Assembly: GCF_001194135.2 (NCBI RefSeq)
Contig: NC_068982.1
Coordinates: 169,596,581-169,660,580, forward strand
Origin: Octopus bimaculoides
Taxonomy: Eukaryota
DNA length: 64,000 bases
Direction: 5' to 3'
Shown: piece after piece, positions 1-12,189 of the stretch
Numbering within the stretch: position 1 is the first letter of the stretch
Layout: each line of letters opens with the position of its first letter
Made by a program: the position numbers and the translations under genes
The notes under the pieces: generated by a model
Told to the model about the DNA's origin: nothing
Seen by the model: only the letters and a program-made list of their open reading frames with translations
Database searches by the model: none

Positions 1-43
1 CTATGTTTGTATGTATGTATGTATGTATGTATGTATGTATGTA

Positions 44-74
<31 letters not shown>

Positions 75-203
75 GTCTGTCTGTCTGTCTGTCTGTTCGC
101 CCGCCCGTCTATGTTTGTATGTATGTATGTATGTATGTATGTATCTATCTATCTGTCTGTCTGTCTGTCTCTCTCTCTATATCTATATATATACATATAC
201 ATC

Positions 204-241
<38 letters not shown>

Positions 242-250
242 CATTTATCT
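1..250. repeat. Compound microsatellite (TATG)n/(TCTG)n/(TCTA)n/(CT)n/(TA)n
   Basis: Read directly; accounts for the ORFs at 3-294 in the track. Confidence 0.97.
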
Positions 251-539
251 ATCAGCAATGGTTGGTAAAATCACATGAAGAAAATGTAAATTAAGCGATA
301 TTAGTGTTCAATGCTTTTATGAGAAATGGAAAAATATTTATTGAATTTTTGAGTGTCTGTTCGCTCCTCGGAGTTTCTCGTTTTCAACTTTCATTAATGC
401 TATTTTCAACATTGCTAATTACTATTATGGATAAAATTTTGTGAATGAGTTGAGACGAATTGCATAAATATGACCCTATTCAGATTAACACGCCTCAAGA
501 ACACTAACAACTACAAAGAGAGGTTTAACCAATACGCTA

Positions 540-1744
540 ATTCCCTTGCTTAATTCGTTGTGGAAAGCATGTCTAAGTTGCCTGACGATAGATCGAAATA
601 ATGAGTGACTATATTTGCTATGGAAAAGAAGATTCTTAAACTTCTTAGACGAGAAAAAAAACCTTTGATGAATTTATAGTTTTTGCATTAAAGAAACATG
701 CAAGTTGCAGTAGCACTTTTATCTGCAGGTATCACTTTAATTTTATGATTTGGAGGCAAAATAGCATGTAGTGCATACACAAGAGATCTATCTGTAACCA
801 TAACAGGAGATCACAAGCAACAGAGGTGCTAAATCAGTGTTGGATGATAATTAGGGATGAGAGAACTATAGCACAATAAAGTTAGGTTTGAATTGGAGTT
901 TAAGGGGTACCAGGAGCACAAATGCTTCTTTTGGCAAACAACAGTTGTTTTAGCAAGACACTTTCATTAGACACTTCTGGTCATTCTAAAGAGGAAACAA
1001 ATATGATCAAAATAAATATATGAAATTGTCATATTTGTATGGTTATGTTAAAGAAACTGAGGCTAGAAACACATTAACAAAATCAAAACTAAGCTGATTT
1101 TACTACAAGACTTTGGAACTTGAAGAAGGGTTGTTGCATATAATAGAAATGCATACGTACCTTTGGCCGAGAACAGTGAATTTACATCATCAGTTGACCA
1201 ACTGAAAAATTAACTACATAACGACCACAATTACAAATGGTTCTGTGAAAGAAAAATATTTTACTCAAGAAATAAACCTGTTAATATGACCAGTGAATGA
1301 ATTAATCTACACTTACATGGCGATAAATTGCGTTTTCGATCCCAAACGTACTGTGAACTAACCCAGCAAGTTTCTTAACGGCATGGAGTCAAATGATGCG
1401 TTTCCTCATTAAAGATCGTCAATAACTCTTCTCAGTAACTTATGTAATATTTGAATAAAGTAACAGTACTGACAGACTGTGTTGCTGGTGAGGATACGTT
1501 TATCCCCAAATTCCAATAATACCTTTGAACATTCCACTTGTTTTAAAAAGGCTCCAGCCAATATATATTGTGTGACGTCCATCAACAAATCGCGGGCTCA
1601 AATCTTAAAGATGGCTGGATTACAGTTGGAGGGTCCTTACTTTCCCCAAGGTCAATTATATATGTCACTGCCTCATGTAGCAACTTCTATGTGACTTTAC
1701 GAGGAGAGACAAAGAATATTGTTAATCGAGAAACTTTAGCATAA
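540..1744 (+). mobile_element. Degenerate Helitron RepHel remnant (PIF1-like SF1 helicase domain)
   Basis: Manual translation across frameshifts gives helicase motifs in the expected order: VAVALLSAG..GGKIACSA (~704-780, cf. AVASSGIAATLLPGGRTAHS); CWMIIRDERTIAQ (838, cf. LIIWDECTMAHK); FG..VVLARHFH*TLLVI (~930-988, cf. FGG..VVLAGDFRQTLPVI); PSKFLNG (1362); VLTDCVAGEDTFIP, LKRLQ and SINKSRAQILKMAGLQLEGPYFPQGQLYMSLPHV (cf. TINKSQGQTL..AGL.L..PCFSHGQLYVALSRV); terminal ETKNIVNRETLA*. Confidence 0.85.
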
Positions 1745-1769
1745 TTTACGTAATTACATTGTGATGTTA

Positions 1770-2510
1770 ATCCATTGGAATTTTCCTGATTCTTTACTCA
1801 GAGCAACAGTGGATATTTTTGCAATGGTTTAGACGGAGGTGGAAAGGCAGAACATAATCTTTCGAGACTGTTTCTGGAAACTAACAACAGAGCTGTCTCC
1901 TAAAGTAAATCCAGAAGCTCTGCGAGGTATTAAACGAAATGATGCATGGAAGCTACCGCTCCTGAACAGATGAATGGGTTTCTCTGGGTTTCAATGGGTT
2001 TCTTTGAGTTTCAATGGGTTTCTCTGGGTTTCAATGGGTTTCTTTGAGTTTCAATGGGTTTCTCTGGGTTTCAATGGGTTTCTCGGCAGTTTTTAGAAAC
2101 CCAATTTCACTCTTTTGAATTGGGTGGACCGTAAAATAAATTTCTTCATAACTGAGATCATACATAAAGCACCGCGCAAGGGGGTCGAACCTGACACAAT
2201 GGAAGACTGTATTTGCAACAGAAAATGAAATGCGTGATAGAATATTCGTGATAAATCACTGTCCTTCAGGTTGTTTAAGCCACAGTAGTAAAGACTCTGG
2301 AAGAATTCACCAGCCATGAACAATGAATAACGAAGAATCTTCTCAGTTAGTGTTTTCTAACCGTTTATTAGTCCAGCACCTTCTATTAATGACGAGTAAA
2401 ATCGGTTAGCACTTCTACTTAATTCCTCTGTGGTGGTATTCAAAGGTACACGAAGATTAATTGGAGTTCCCAACATACTCTTAAACAGAATACAGTCTCA
2501 TCCGCGTAAT
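1770..2510 (+). mobile_element. Possible very old L1/Tx1-like ORF2 C-terminal relic
   Basis: Weak motif similarity only: FPDLLLRATV ... RDCFWK...PKV ... RNDAWKLPLL, cf. FPLILYRL..LP ... RLLW.G..P.V ... RNGGLGMPDL. Many stops. Confidence 0.25.
1973..2084. repeat. 20-bp minisatellite, 5.6 copies in A-B-A-B-A order
   Basis: A=AATGGGTTTCTCTGGGTTTC, B=AATGGGTTTCTTTGAGTTTC, followed by a 12-nt partial unit. Confidence 0.95.
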
Positions 2511-2679
2511 GGAAGCTTGACCTGCTAGAAATAACAGTGAAATCACTCTTAAATCATGCCCTAAAGTATTTTGAAATAAAATGGGAAGATAAAAAATAAT
2601 GTAGGGCAAGGGCTAGCTAGATAGGTGGACTGAAAAACGCTTGAATGGTCTCAGTTGGAACACATTTGGTCATACATAT

Positions 2680-3121
2680 ACTCAATAACAACTAACTTGA
2701 AGCCAAACAGCAATAAACAGGCTTTACCCGTCCACGCGTGCAATTCGATTGCAATGCTACCAACAGAACAGTTAAGAATGCCTTCATTCATCCAATACTT
2801 ACATGCACCCTGTGCTTTCCAAATAATCGTAGAATCTTCTCGCCTCTTGTCAACTTTGCTACAGAATACACCAGCTCTCAGTCAAAATCATTCTATTAGC
2901 AGTTTTCGGCTGAAAGCGAATCTGCATTCGTCACTCACTTTACCTCCAACTTCACTCTGTATGTATCTAAACCCACTTCCAGGTTCTTTCTTCCATGCTT
3001 ATTTCACCACCACATACAAACAATTGCCACTATTCCTAATTTATCCGATCGTTCCAAACAAAGTGATCGATCGTGGAGGTGTATCTTCAATCACACCCAT
3101 GTCGCTTATTCTTTCTTTCTG

Positions 3122-3188
<67 letters not shown>

Positions 3189-3750
3189 ACCTCCCTCTCT
3201 CTATCTCTCCAGTAATCTGTTCCTCTCTTCAAAAATACGCAACTGATTGCCCTAACCAAAGAAAATTGTTACACTTCTGGCCCTTGTAGTTATATGCTTT
3301 TAGCATACTTAAAATGATGGAAACAGTTGTTAACAATTATCTTTCATCACGAAATCTTTCTCTATCCTCAGGGATTACTAATAAAACTTTTGTCGAGTCT
3401 CATCTGCCGAAAACTTGCTATATTACTCTCCATTGCTCTCTTACCCACGTGAACTTCGTCCAAATCAATGCTGATACAATGAGAACCCTACCTATTAAGT
3501 TGATATACTGTATAGTCTTCATCTACTTGTCATCTTTGACATCAGAAGTTTTCTTTCAGATTACTGCATTGTAGTGTAACCCAACCTGGATCTCTAAATT
3601 ATATTCTGTTAATGAGTTCATTTATATACATTGCACATTGTTGATTCCGCAAGTTAAAACATTACTTGTTATTGATACTCACGCGACCTCATCTCCATTT
3701 TTCTTCTTGCATCAATGTACAGAAGACAACTTCATCGATCTAACAGGTTT
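2680..3750 (-). mobile_element. Highly degenerate RTE-like LINE RT fragment split by a (CTTT)n tract
   Basis: Minus-strand traces in the expected order: EIQVGLH (cf. VQVGVHQGS), STKVLL (cf. KTKVL), AWKK, TESW (cf. SETW), LFCW*H (cf. LRWFGH). Confidence 0.35.
3107..3188. repeat. (CTTT)n microsatellite
   Basis: Read directly. Confidence 0.95.
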
Positions 3751-4502
3751 TAGCGAACTGGCGAAAGCCATGGGAGATACTTAAACCCTTTCCACAAGTA
3801 ATATTTGTGTTTATATTTAGACAGACTATATATTTGTTTATAGTAAATTACCGAACACGTATACATTTAGCACATATAAAAATGTGAATGGCGTAGCTGT
3901 ACGTAGAATCTTTACACGCTCACACTTAGATGGAAAGGTATTCACTGACAATCATGTACATACGTCCATGTGTACACATGCATACAAGTGCATTTGTACA
4001 AAAATGCCATCAAATTGTCACGGTTTTGCTTGCATTTATGCACATATAAACGTATAAATAACTGTCTAGTTAATATTTTTACACAATACCTCAACAAAAT
4101 GCTCTCCAGTGACTGATTCACAATCCTTGGTTATTAAATGTCATAACCAAAGCAGAGTAGCTTGTAGCAATCAGCTAGTACTAAATTAGATTAAATTGTA
4201 ACAGAGAAACGCCGTAAACGAAGCAATCTAACGTGTGAACAACGTTATTATCATACACTGCATTAATAAACGAGTTGGTGCAAACAGTAGAATAACCCAA
4301 AATATTCTTTGTCGCTTCTACTTTCCTCTCTCACGTTCCTGCATTCAAATTCTGTTGGCTTTCTACTTTGCCTTTCAACCCTCCTGGGTTGATAAAATAA
4401 TTACCAGAAATATTATATTGTCGTCAAGAGATTAGATCTAAAATAGCGTGTTGAAACAGATATTGAATATTTTGGTAGAGTCGTATTTGTTAGATTGCCA
4501 AT

Positions 4503-4683
<181 letters not shown>

Positions 4684-5180
4684 TGTCATTCATTCAGGTC
4701 TTTATTAATTTAGTAAGTAAATAAATGCGATTTTTCAAAGTAATTGTTGAAGCATTTGGCTTCATTTCAATAACTACGAATAAAAATGTGAAGTAGTAGG
4801 CATTGCGAGCTGTCCATTAACATTTTCGGCTTTTATTATTATTATTGTTGTTTAGCCCCAGGTTAGCTTTGACTGGGAAAACAGTTACGTGTGATCCACA
4901 TATCTATACAGCTCCGAATATGCAATGCTTCCATCAGGTTGAGCATAATAGTTCAGATTCTGACACGCAGTGGTCGAATACATGTGGTTCTGTGTGGTAA
5001 TCTGAATACATTGTAACTCTTTCGCCATTCAGACTATTTCTCTATGTGTATAACGTTGTGACTGAGGTGATGACCACAACAAAGATAAATAAAGCTAACC
5101 CTTTCCGACTGTGACAGCTGTTGCTCCTCTCAACATTGTTTTGATAACTACATTTAGGTTTTATTTTTTTGCCAAATATA

Positions 5181-5196
5181 TAGTAAAACACATACA

Positions 5197-5272
<76 letters not shown>

Positions 5273-5305
5273 TTCTCTCTCACGCATACACACACGTACA
5301 CTATT
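5181..5305. repeat. (CA)n-containing cassette, copy 2
   Basis: Same 5' and 3' flanks as 4503-4683, with a shorter CA tract. Confidence 0.9.
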
Positions 5306-5590
5306 AGAGCGTTGCACGCAAAATCGTGGTTTCGATTCTCGATTCGGGCGGTGCATTTTTGTTTTGAGCAAAACACTTCATTTCACGTTGATCCGATCCA
5401 CTCAACTGTAAATGAATAATTCTGGGATGGACTGGCATTTCCGTCATGATGAATGTTGTGATCTCGGTCCCTTATATGCCCTCGAGAACGGGTAACCGAT
5501 CCTATGAGTCCTAGGACTTGAGGGAGTAATGTCCAGGGGTTGATGATGCTGAACGGACCAACTACACAAAGCTAAAACGGAATTAAAAGG
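5306..5590 (+). mobile_element. tRNA-derived SINE family C (5'-truncated)
   Basis: B-box-like GTTTCGATTC and core GAGCAAAACACTTCATTTCACGTTG..CC.ATCCACTCA.CTG, shared with 8022-8215 and 30622-30910. Confidence 0.75.
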
Positions 5591-5620
5591 GAAAATAAAT
5601 TATATATTTTACATCTCTTT

Positions 5621-5835
5621 AAGGCGGGAAGCTGGCAGAATCATCAGTACGCCGGACGAGATTCTGAGTGGCATTTCGTCCGTCTTTATGTTTTGAGTTC
5701 AATTTCCACCGAAGTCAACTTTGTCCTTCATCCTTTCGGCGTTGATAAAATAAGTGTCAGTTGAGCACCGAGGGTCAATGTAATCGATTGATGTCCTCCC
5801 TCGTAATTGCTGGCCCGGAGCCAAAATTTGAAAAC
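5621..5835 (+). mobile_element. SINE family A
   Basis: GCTGGCAGAATC..TAG..CGCCGG head, GAGTTCAA B-box-like, TTCATCCTTTCGG.GT.GATAAA core, CCAAAATTTGAAA tail; more than 15 copies in the window. Confidence 0.85.
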
Positions 5836-6380
5836 ACTGCTTTGTATCTTCGGAATCCAATTTAAGAGCGCTATGTTGTAATGTTCATAAATTACAGTTG
5901 TTCTGTAACTTCCGTTGGGCTGTACTATAATTCGTGTGAACACTTTACCCATGACACAGTAAGTCTTTCATGATTTTGAATTCAAGGCAAGTGTATTTTC
6001 GAATGCATTTGCTGCTCCTGAGTCTGACTTTTGAAGTCACGACAAATTGGATTATAAAATATTTTTCTCGTTATTTTTGACAATTTATAAGGAGCACAAA
6101 TTTAATTTTCTTCCCTATGCACATCTGAAACATTTCAACTGGCATTTTATTTCTTACAGAACAGCTGTAAGTTCTATGTCCATGTGGTGCGCAATATCTT
6201 TCCTTTTTTGCTTTGAGCTTAGTTTTGTGTATCTGGAAAAAGAAGCAAAAAGACACTGCTTATAAAAAATAAAGGAAAAACTGTAAACTCATATAGCACT
6301 TAGTCCTAACATGGTCGTAACAAGAAATAAAGAAGTAAAGTCTAAATTCTATCATCATTATTTCCAGTATACCCCAACTG

Positions 6381-6830
6381 TAGGCGCACGCATAGCTGTG
6401 TGGTAAGAAGTTTGCTTCCCAACCACATGGATCCGGGTTCAGTCCCACTGTGTGCCACCTCTGACCGACCAAAGCCTTCTGAATTGATTTGGTCGACGAA
6501 AACTGAGAGAAGCCCGTTGTATATATATGCATATATATATATATGTATGCATATATATATATATANNNNNNNNNNNNNNNNNNNNNNNNNNNNNNNNNNN
6601 NNNNNNNNNNNNNNNNNNNNNNNNNNNNNNNNNNNNNNNNNNNNNNNNNNNNNNNNNNNNNNNNNNNNNNNNNNNNNNNNNNNNNNNNNNNNNNNNNNNN
6701 NNNNNNNNNNNNNNNNNNNNNNNNNNNNNNNNNNNNNNNNNNNNNNNNNNNNNNNNNNNNNNNNNNNNNNNNNNNNNNNNNNNNNNNNNNNNNNNNNNNN
6801 NNNNNNNNNNNNNNNNNNNNNNNNNNNNNN

Positions 6831-6864
<34 letters not shown>

Positions 6865-7085
6865 TGTGTGTGTGTGTGTGTATGACTGAAGATGTCCCGC
6901 ACTATCGTTTGACATCCGGTCTTGTTAAGGGGTATTGTATTTACGTTCCCCGTAACTTAGCGATTCGGTAAAAGAATGCGATAGAATAAGTATCAGGTTT
7001 TAAAAAAGTATTGGGGTCGATTCATCTGGCTAAAAATTCTTCAACGTCATACCCCATGACTGAAACAAGTAAAAGATAAAAGATA
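6381..7085 (+). mobile_element. SINE family B with central (TA)n/(TG)n tract and an assembly gap
   Basis: tRNA-like head GGCGCA..CATAGCTGTGTGGTAAGAAG..TGCTTCCCAACCACATGG..CCGGGTTCAGTCCCACTG; 3' half CCCGTAACTTAGCG.TTCGG; tail ATGACTGAAACAAGTAAAAGATAAAAGA. Second full copy at 48221-48707. Confidence 0.88.
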
Positions 7086-8021
7086 TATTTAAGAAGAGCA
7101 ACGGCTGTTATGTGGGATCGTGTTCACTTTTGTGGTGGCCAGCAGCAAAATGTGGAAGTGTACAAAAACAAACTGAACGGTAAAAATTAAAACGATGTAT
7201 TCAAGCTTCCACACAGAATAACATACCATCAACCAATCTATAAAAGAATCTGAACCGCCAAGGGAGTTATATGTTTGATTCCTACTAAGCTGTTAGTTTT
7301 GATTCACTTTAGTGCTGACACTTTATAGGTTTAAAGTACAAATTCACATTTACTATACAGTCTGGTTTCCGAACACTAAAAAGAAACAAAAGGTTCGTTG
7401 CGAGGCGGAGGAAATGAGATATTCCTACAGGTCCCTTGATATGCTAGAATAGAGCCTTATTCTTCCTCAAAAGACACTCTATAGATCAAGAAAAAAAAAA
7501 AAGAAAAGAAAAGGGCGTGCAAGTTAAGGTAGTTTTAGAAATATTTAGTTTTAAGGAGAAAAAAACCCCCCAAAAGATAGGCTGATTTTTGTTAAACTAC
7601 ATTTGGATATTATCTTTTAGTGGGAAAGGGTTAGAGTTAGGGTTAGGAGGGAAAGCAGTGTCCTTGATGATTTTGCAAGATCTGAGAGAATGATGGAAGG
7701 AGGGGGTGAGGTTAACCTGAAACCATAGACCTGGGCACAATTGCTTGCAGCTAAGTTAGCTCTGGGTAAAAACACGCAAAGACCAGCTGGTGATGTCAAA
7801 CCGGGTGACGGATTCATGCGACTGCTCAAGAAGGCCATGTCAAAATGTCAGAACAAATTCCACAAGGCATCCACCCAACTTTCTGATATTTTCCAACAAC
7901 TCATCAGCCTGGGTTGGTATAATATCTTATCGAGACCGCGAAAGGATTGTCCTGAAGAAGAAAGTGGAGAAGGAGAAGAAAATTGTTGGATCAAATAAAT
8001 CCCAGTCATTTACTGCCGTAA

Positions 8022-8215
8022 GTAGAGCTGCATGGCTTAGTGGTTAGGATATTGGACTTATGATCATAAGATTGTGGTTTCGATTCATGGATCGCGAAAT
8101 GCGTTGTGTTCTTCAGCAAAGCACTTCATTTCATGTTGCTCCAGTCTATGGACCGGCGTTTCTCGTCCAGGAAGGAAAACATACGTAGAGAAACCGGGAA
8201 ACCGGTCTTATGCTC
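8022..8215 (+). mobile_element. tRNA-derived SINE family C
   Basis: A-box TGGCTTAGTGG, AAGATTGTGGTTTCGATTC, and core AGCAAAGCACTTCATTTCATGTTGCTCCAGTC..ATGGACCGGCG. Confidence 0.8.
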
Positions 8216-8337
8216 CCTACTTAGTAATGTAGACTGATCATATATATACTGCCGTAGATTATATTGATCACATCTCTCCTGGAAAATGTGATGGACTCGC
8301 CATATTAACTGAGAGAGCTTCGTTATGTTCGTTCACG

Positions 8338-8535
8338 CTACTAGAAATTTCCCTCAAAGTCATATTTCCCTCAAATTATTTTCTAACATTAAAATAAATA
8401 AATATGTAAAGAGCAAGGACATAATTGTATCAAGTAGTCTTGAATGTAGAAAAAGACTTGATGATCATGGACGGAACGACTTTGAGAATAGGTCACACCA
8501 ATGATTCTTCACCTGGGGGCTAAACAACAACAAAA
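8338..8535 (+). repeat. Dispersed repeat family D (unclassified, (AAC)n-tailed)
   Basis: CTAGAAAT..C start and CCTGGGGGCTAAACAACAACAA end, shared with several other copies. Confidence 0.65.
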
Positions 8536-8635
8536 ACAGCTGGAGGGGTCAACGAGCCTCCTTCATCTCCTCCCATCCTCTCCTTCTCTGTTCTTCCACT
8601 TCCGCCTCATGTCTTTCTCATCCTCTTCCCCTTCT

Positions 8636-8703
8636 AGCACCATCACCACCACCTCCACAACCCTCATTATCATCATCATTATCATCATCATCATCACCAC
8701 CAC

Positions 8704-8750
<47 letters not shown>

Positions 8751-8785
8751 CCATCACCATCATCATCATCATCATCACCGTCATG
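8636..8785. repeat. (CAT)n/(CAC)n triplet tract
   Basis: Read directly; source of the poly-I/M/D ORFs in the track. Confidence 0.95.
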
Positions 8786-10012
8786 GTCATTCTGGCTGTC
8801 GTATATTGTTGTATTTGGATGTTTGTATTCGCGTTCACGTATGTGGTATATTTGCGCGCGCGCGCGCGTACGTGTGAGAATACATGCGTGCGTGCATGCG
8901 TGTATATATTCGTGTGTGTACACGTGTTTGTCCGCGCATGTGCTTGTATTTGTTGTTTGTGTATATTCACGAGTATGTGTGTGTGTGTAATAATCCAATA
9001 TAAACTGATCGAAACATTTCAATTAGATAGCTGTTCGTTTCCTGCGGGAACTAATTAGTATGCTGTTTCGTTATCGAGAGATGGAGCTGGAAGAAGAGTA
9101 TCATGTGCAAGCAACTTGAATTGATCGTTCAAGTTGACATCCGCCATGATGATCTTTTCAAAGTAAAAGCGCACAAAAATATAGACAGAAGGAGAGAAAA
9201 TTATATATAATTACTCAAAGGACATAGTAAGTATGTCTACCTACTTGAAATAACAGTCAAAACTCGTTATTAAATCGCCAAAAATACACTGGTGATAACT
9301 ACAGAAATCAAACGAAGGCAAATTTGGTTAAGACAATCTACTTACATATATTTAAGTATTTGGATTGTCCTGAACTTTTGCAAGTGTAATAACCTGTCCT
9401 GCACTTTTCCAGGTTTATAATCTTAAGAATATTATTTCTCTTGCTCACATTTTTCCATGTAATCCATGTTTTTTCCAGGCAATGTTATTATGCTAATTTA
9501 TAATGTGTCAATTGATAATTTAAGATTTTACCTTATTGAAAACTGAATAAAAATTTAATAAATTTCTAAATATATATTAATTTTTTTTCATTTTTTGATT
9601 GAATTATTATTATTATTGAATTAAAATTAAAAAAATTAATCTAAAAGAATAAAAATAAGATGAGTATTTGAAGAGTACTTTATTTACATTGACTCATTAG
9701 AAAATTAAAAATTGAAAATGAAATTAGAAAATGAGTGAATGCATCCACCCTGTGGCACGTGGAGCCATGGTCTCATGACAAAACTATGAAATTCCTTATG
9801 TTCTTCTATCATTTAAACTAAGATAAATATATTTTGCTTTTAAAATAAAAAAAAGTTATTTAGACCTAAACTTGATTGACTTGTAGAGAGTCTACAACTG
9901 TGCACAATATAAGCATTTTCTGACTCCGATTTCGATATGATATCTTGTTTCTGTTATAAATGTATGTCGGACGTTGCATCCACGTTAAGGTGGAAGTTGT
10001 CGTTGTTGCATT

Positions 10013-10195
10013 TGTTGTTGATGAACCCAAGAGCAAACCTTATAAAGCAAGATCTTTGATGGAAAGCATTCCATATGAAGCCATTCTTTTTCTAGGGTCA
10101 TCTGTGACTATATTATCAAATATGCTCTTCTACTCTTGAAGATAGTTGGATGTGATCTGAAGGAGTTTTGGCAGCCATCTCTTGCAGGTCACTTG
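10013..10195 (-). repeat. Repeat family D
   Basis: Reverse-complement match to the family D pattern; begins with a (GTT)n tail on the + strand. Confidence 0.55.
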
Positions 10196-11732
10196 AACAC
10201 TAGATACACTCTTGTTACTCGTGTGCTATACGCATTATATGTAGACTGCGTAGTTATTATTACTATTATTATTATTATTATTGTTGTTGTTGTTGTTGTT
10301 GTTGTTGCTGTTGTTGTTGTTGTTGTTGATACTACTGTTTAGCTTAAGTCAGTTTTAAATGAGTAAACTTATGATGTATGATCAAGTTGGTGCCGTTATG
10401 ACCATCCAGACATTTAACGAGCAATTGTGTATCTAGGATTACATAATTGTACACGTATTATTTTCTTTTCTAAAACGGTATTATGTGATTTTAGGGAAGT
10501 GTAGCTGCTTATATCGATCTGCTAGAAGGTTGGGCAAAGAACTTTCTAACAATAACATTCTACTATAGCAGGTTAGGGCAAGAAGCTGCTGTAAAAGAAG
10601 AGTAACACACAAGTAATTAACAAAACATTTGAGAGTAACTTTCAGATATTGCACGGGAAATGTAAAGAGTGAGTTTTGTGCTGTTGAACGAAGATTTCTC
10701 TGTTCCCATTGCAACTAAGATCAGCATAGTGTTAGACAGTTTCAAGCAGGTCGATTTCGCAACGAAGTTTCGATTCCCAATTCACATCAATTATCCCATC
10801 TGTGCTCTTGAGATAAGTATGGACGGAACACAATTGTAGGAAATCGATACATAAGAAGTTATTTTAGACGAAGAAACTTCAAAGAATGTTATAGATTTAA
10901 AAGGAAATGGATTTAAGAAAAAGAAATTGCTTGGCAGCGAAGAATTTACGTTTAGATATCATAAGAAAGTGAGTGAGAGTGTATGCATATAGGTTTGCGT
11001 ATGTGTATATATGTGAACAAAAAATTTAACACCAGAAATGCAAGTATATGTACATAGTATTCAGGTTATTTAAATCCTTCTCTGAGGTGAAGATATCTGT
11101 TTATAAAGAATGTAGTAAGAACATTCATGGTTAGAAGGTGTGGAGACTTCATAAGTGTCAAAATTTAGCTTCAGCTTACTAGGTTTAGAGCTTGAAAGAT
11201 AAGTACTATTGATGTTAGATAGAAGATCGCTCTATTATAGAAGTATCCTACACGTAGTATCAACATACTGGAATATTATATAAGTATGTATATTAATTTG
11301 CACACGGAATCATTTACATATAATGTGGCTAAAAATAGACTGGTATAGAAACTATTGTAACGTTAATCGTTACATGTATCACCGGTAAAAGGCCGTAGCG
11401 GTTAACATGCTAACTAAATTCATTCTTCTCCATATCTATATGTTGCTTTTCTAAATACTTACACACCGGTTTTACCCCTGAGGTACATGGAATTCCAGTA
11501 CTGGTGGACTTAGAAATGTTTAAAAGTTCCAGTATAGGAGTGTAGATATTCAGAAGTTCTTGCCGAGTGCTGCACTAGGAATACACCAATTTCCTACCCT
11601 ACATGGACCCACGCCACCAGGCAGAGTACTTTTTCTTCACTGAAAGATCACTAGTTGACCAAGCACGGAGATCTCCCGTGCACACACCACTGTTGCTGTC
11701 GAACGAAAACGCAAGGGGCGATACAGCCTTCC

Positions 11733-11953
11733 ATTAATATTGCCTTCACATTTTGGCACAAGGCTAGCAAGTTCGGGACCTGGGTTAAGTCGATTACATT
11801 AACCCCAGTATTCAACTGGCATTTATTTTATCGACCCTGAAAGGCTGAAAAACAAAATCGATCTCAACGAAATTTGAACTCAGAACGTGCAGACGGGCGA
11901 AATGCTGCTAAGTATTTTCTCTGCGTGCTAACGATTCTGCCATCTCGCTGCTT
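11733..11953 (-). mobile_element. SINE family A
   Basis: TTTATCGACCCTGAAAGG.TGAAA, ATTTGAACTCAGAACG and CTAACGATTCTGCCA are the reverse complements of family A motifs. Confidence 0.85.
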
Positions 11954-11981
11954 TAGCTTGGCGTTAATATAATTCCCGGTG

Positions 11982-12189
11982 GTAAGGCAGCGATCTGGCA
12001 GAATTTTTAACACGCCAGGAAAAATACTTCGAAGTATTTCGTTCGTTTTCAGGTTCTGAGTTCGACTTTACCTTTCATCCTTTCGTGTTTGATAAAATAA
12101 GTACCAGTTGAGCATTGGGGTCGATGTACACGACTTAAACCTTCCCCCAAAATTACTGGCTGTGTGCCAAAATTTGAAATCAATATTAT
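11982..12189 (+). mobile_element. SINE family A (head-to-head with the previous copy)
   Basis: AAGGCAGCGATCTGGCAGAAT head, TTTCATCCTTTCG core, GTGCCAAAATTTGAAATCAATATT tail. Confidence 0.85.

Noticed and set aside
1973-2084. CRISPR-like appearance of the 20-bp repeat
   Set aside because: The units are contiguous with no unique spacers, and the context is eukaryotic.
7700-8047. 85-aa ORFs at 7741 and 7790 as a possible host exon
   Set aside because: No recognisable domain or splice sites. A trace resembling a decayed L1/Tx1 C-terminal knuckle (W*CQTG*RIHA; LIETAKGLS*RRK) suggests an old retroelement but is too weak to call.
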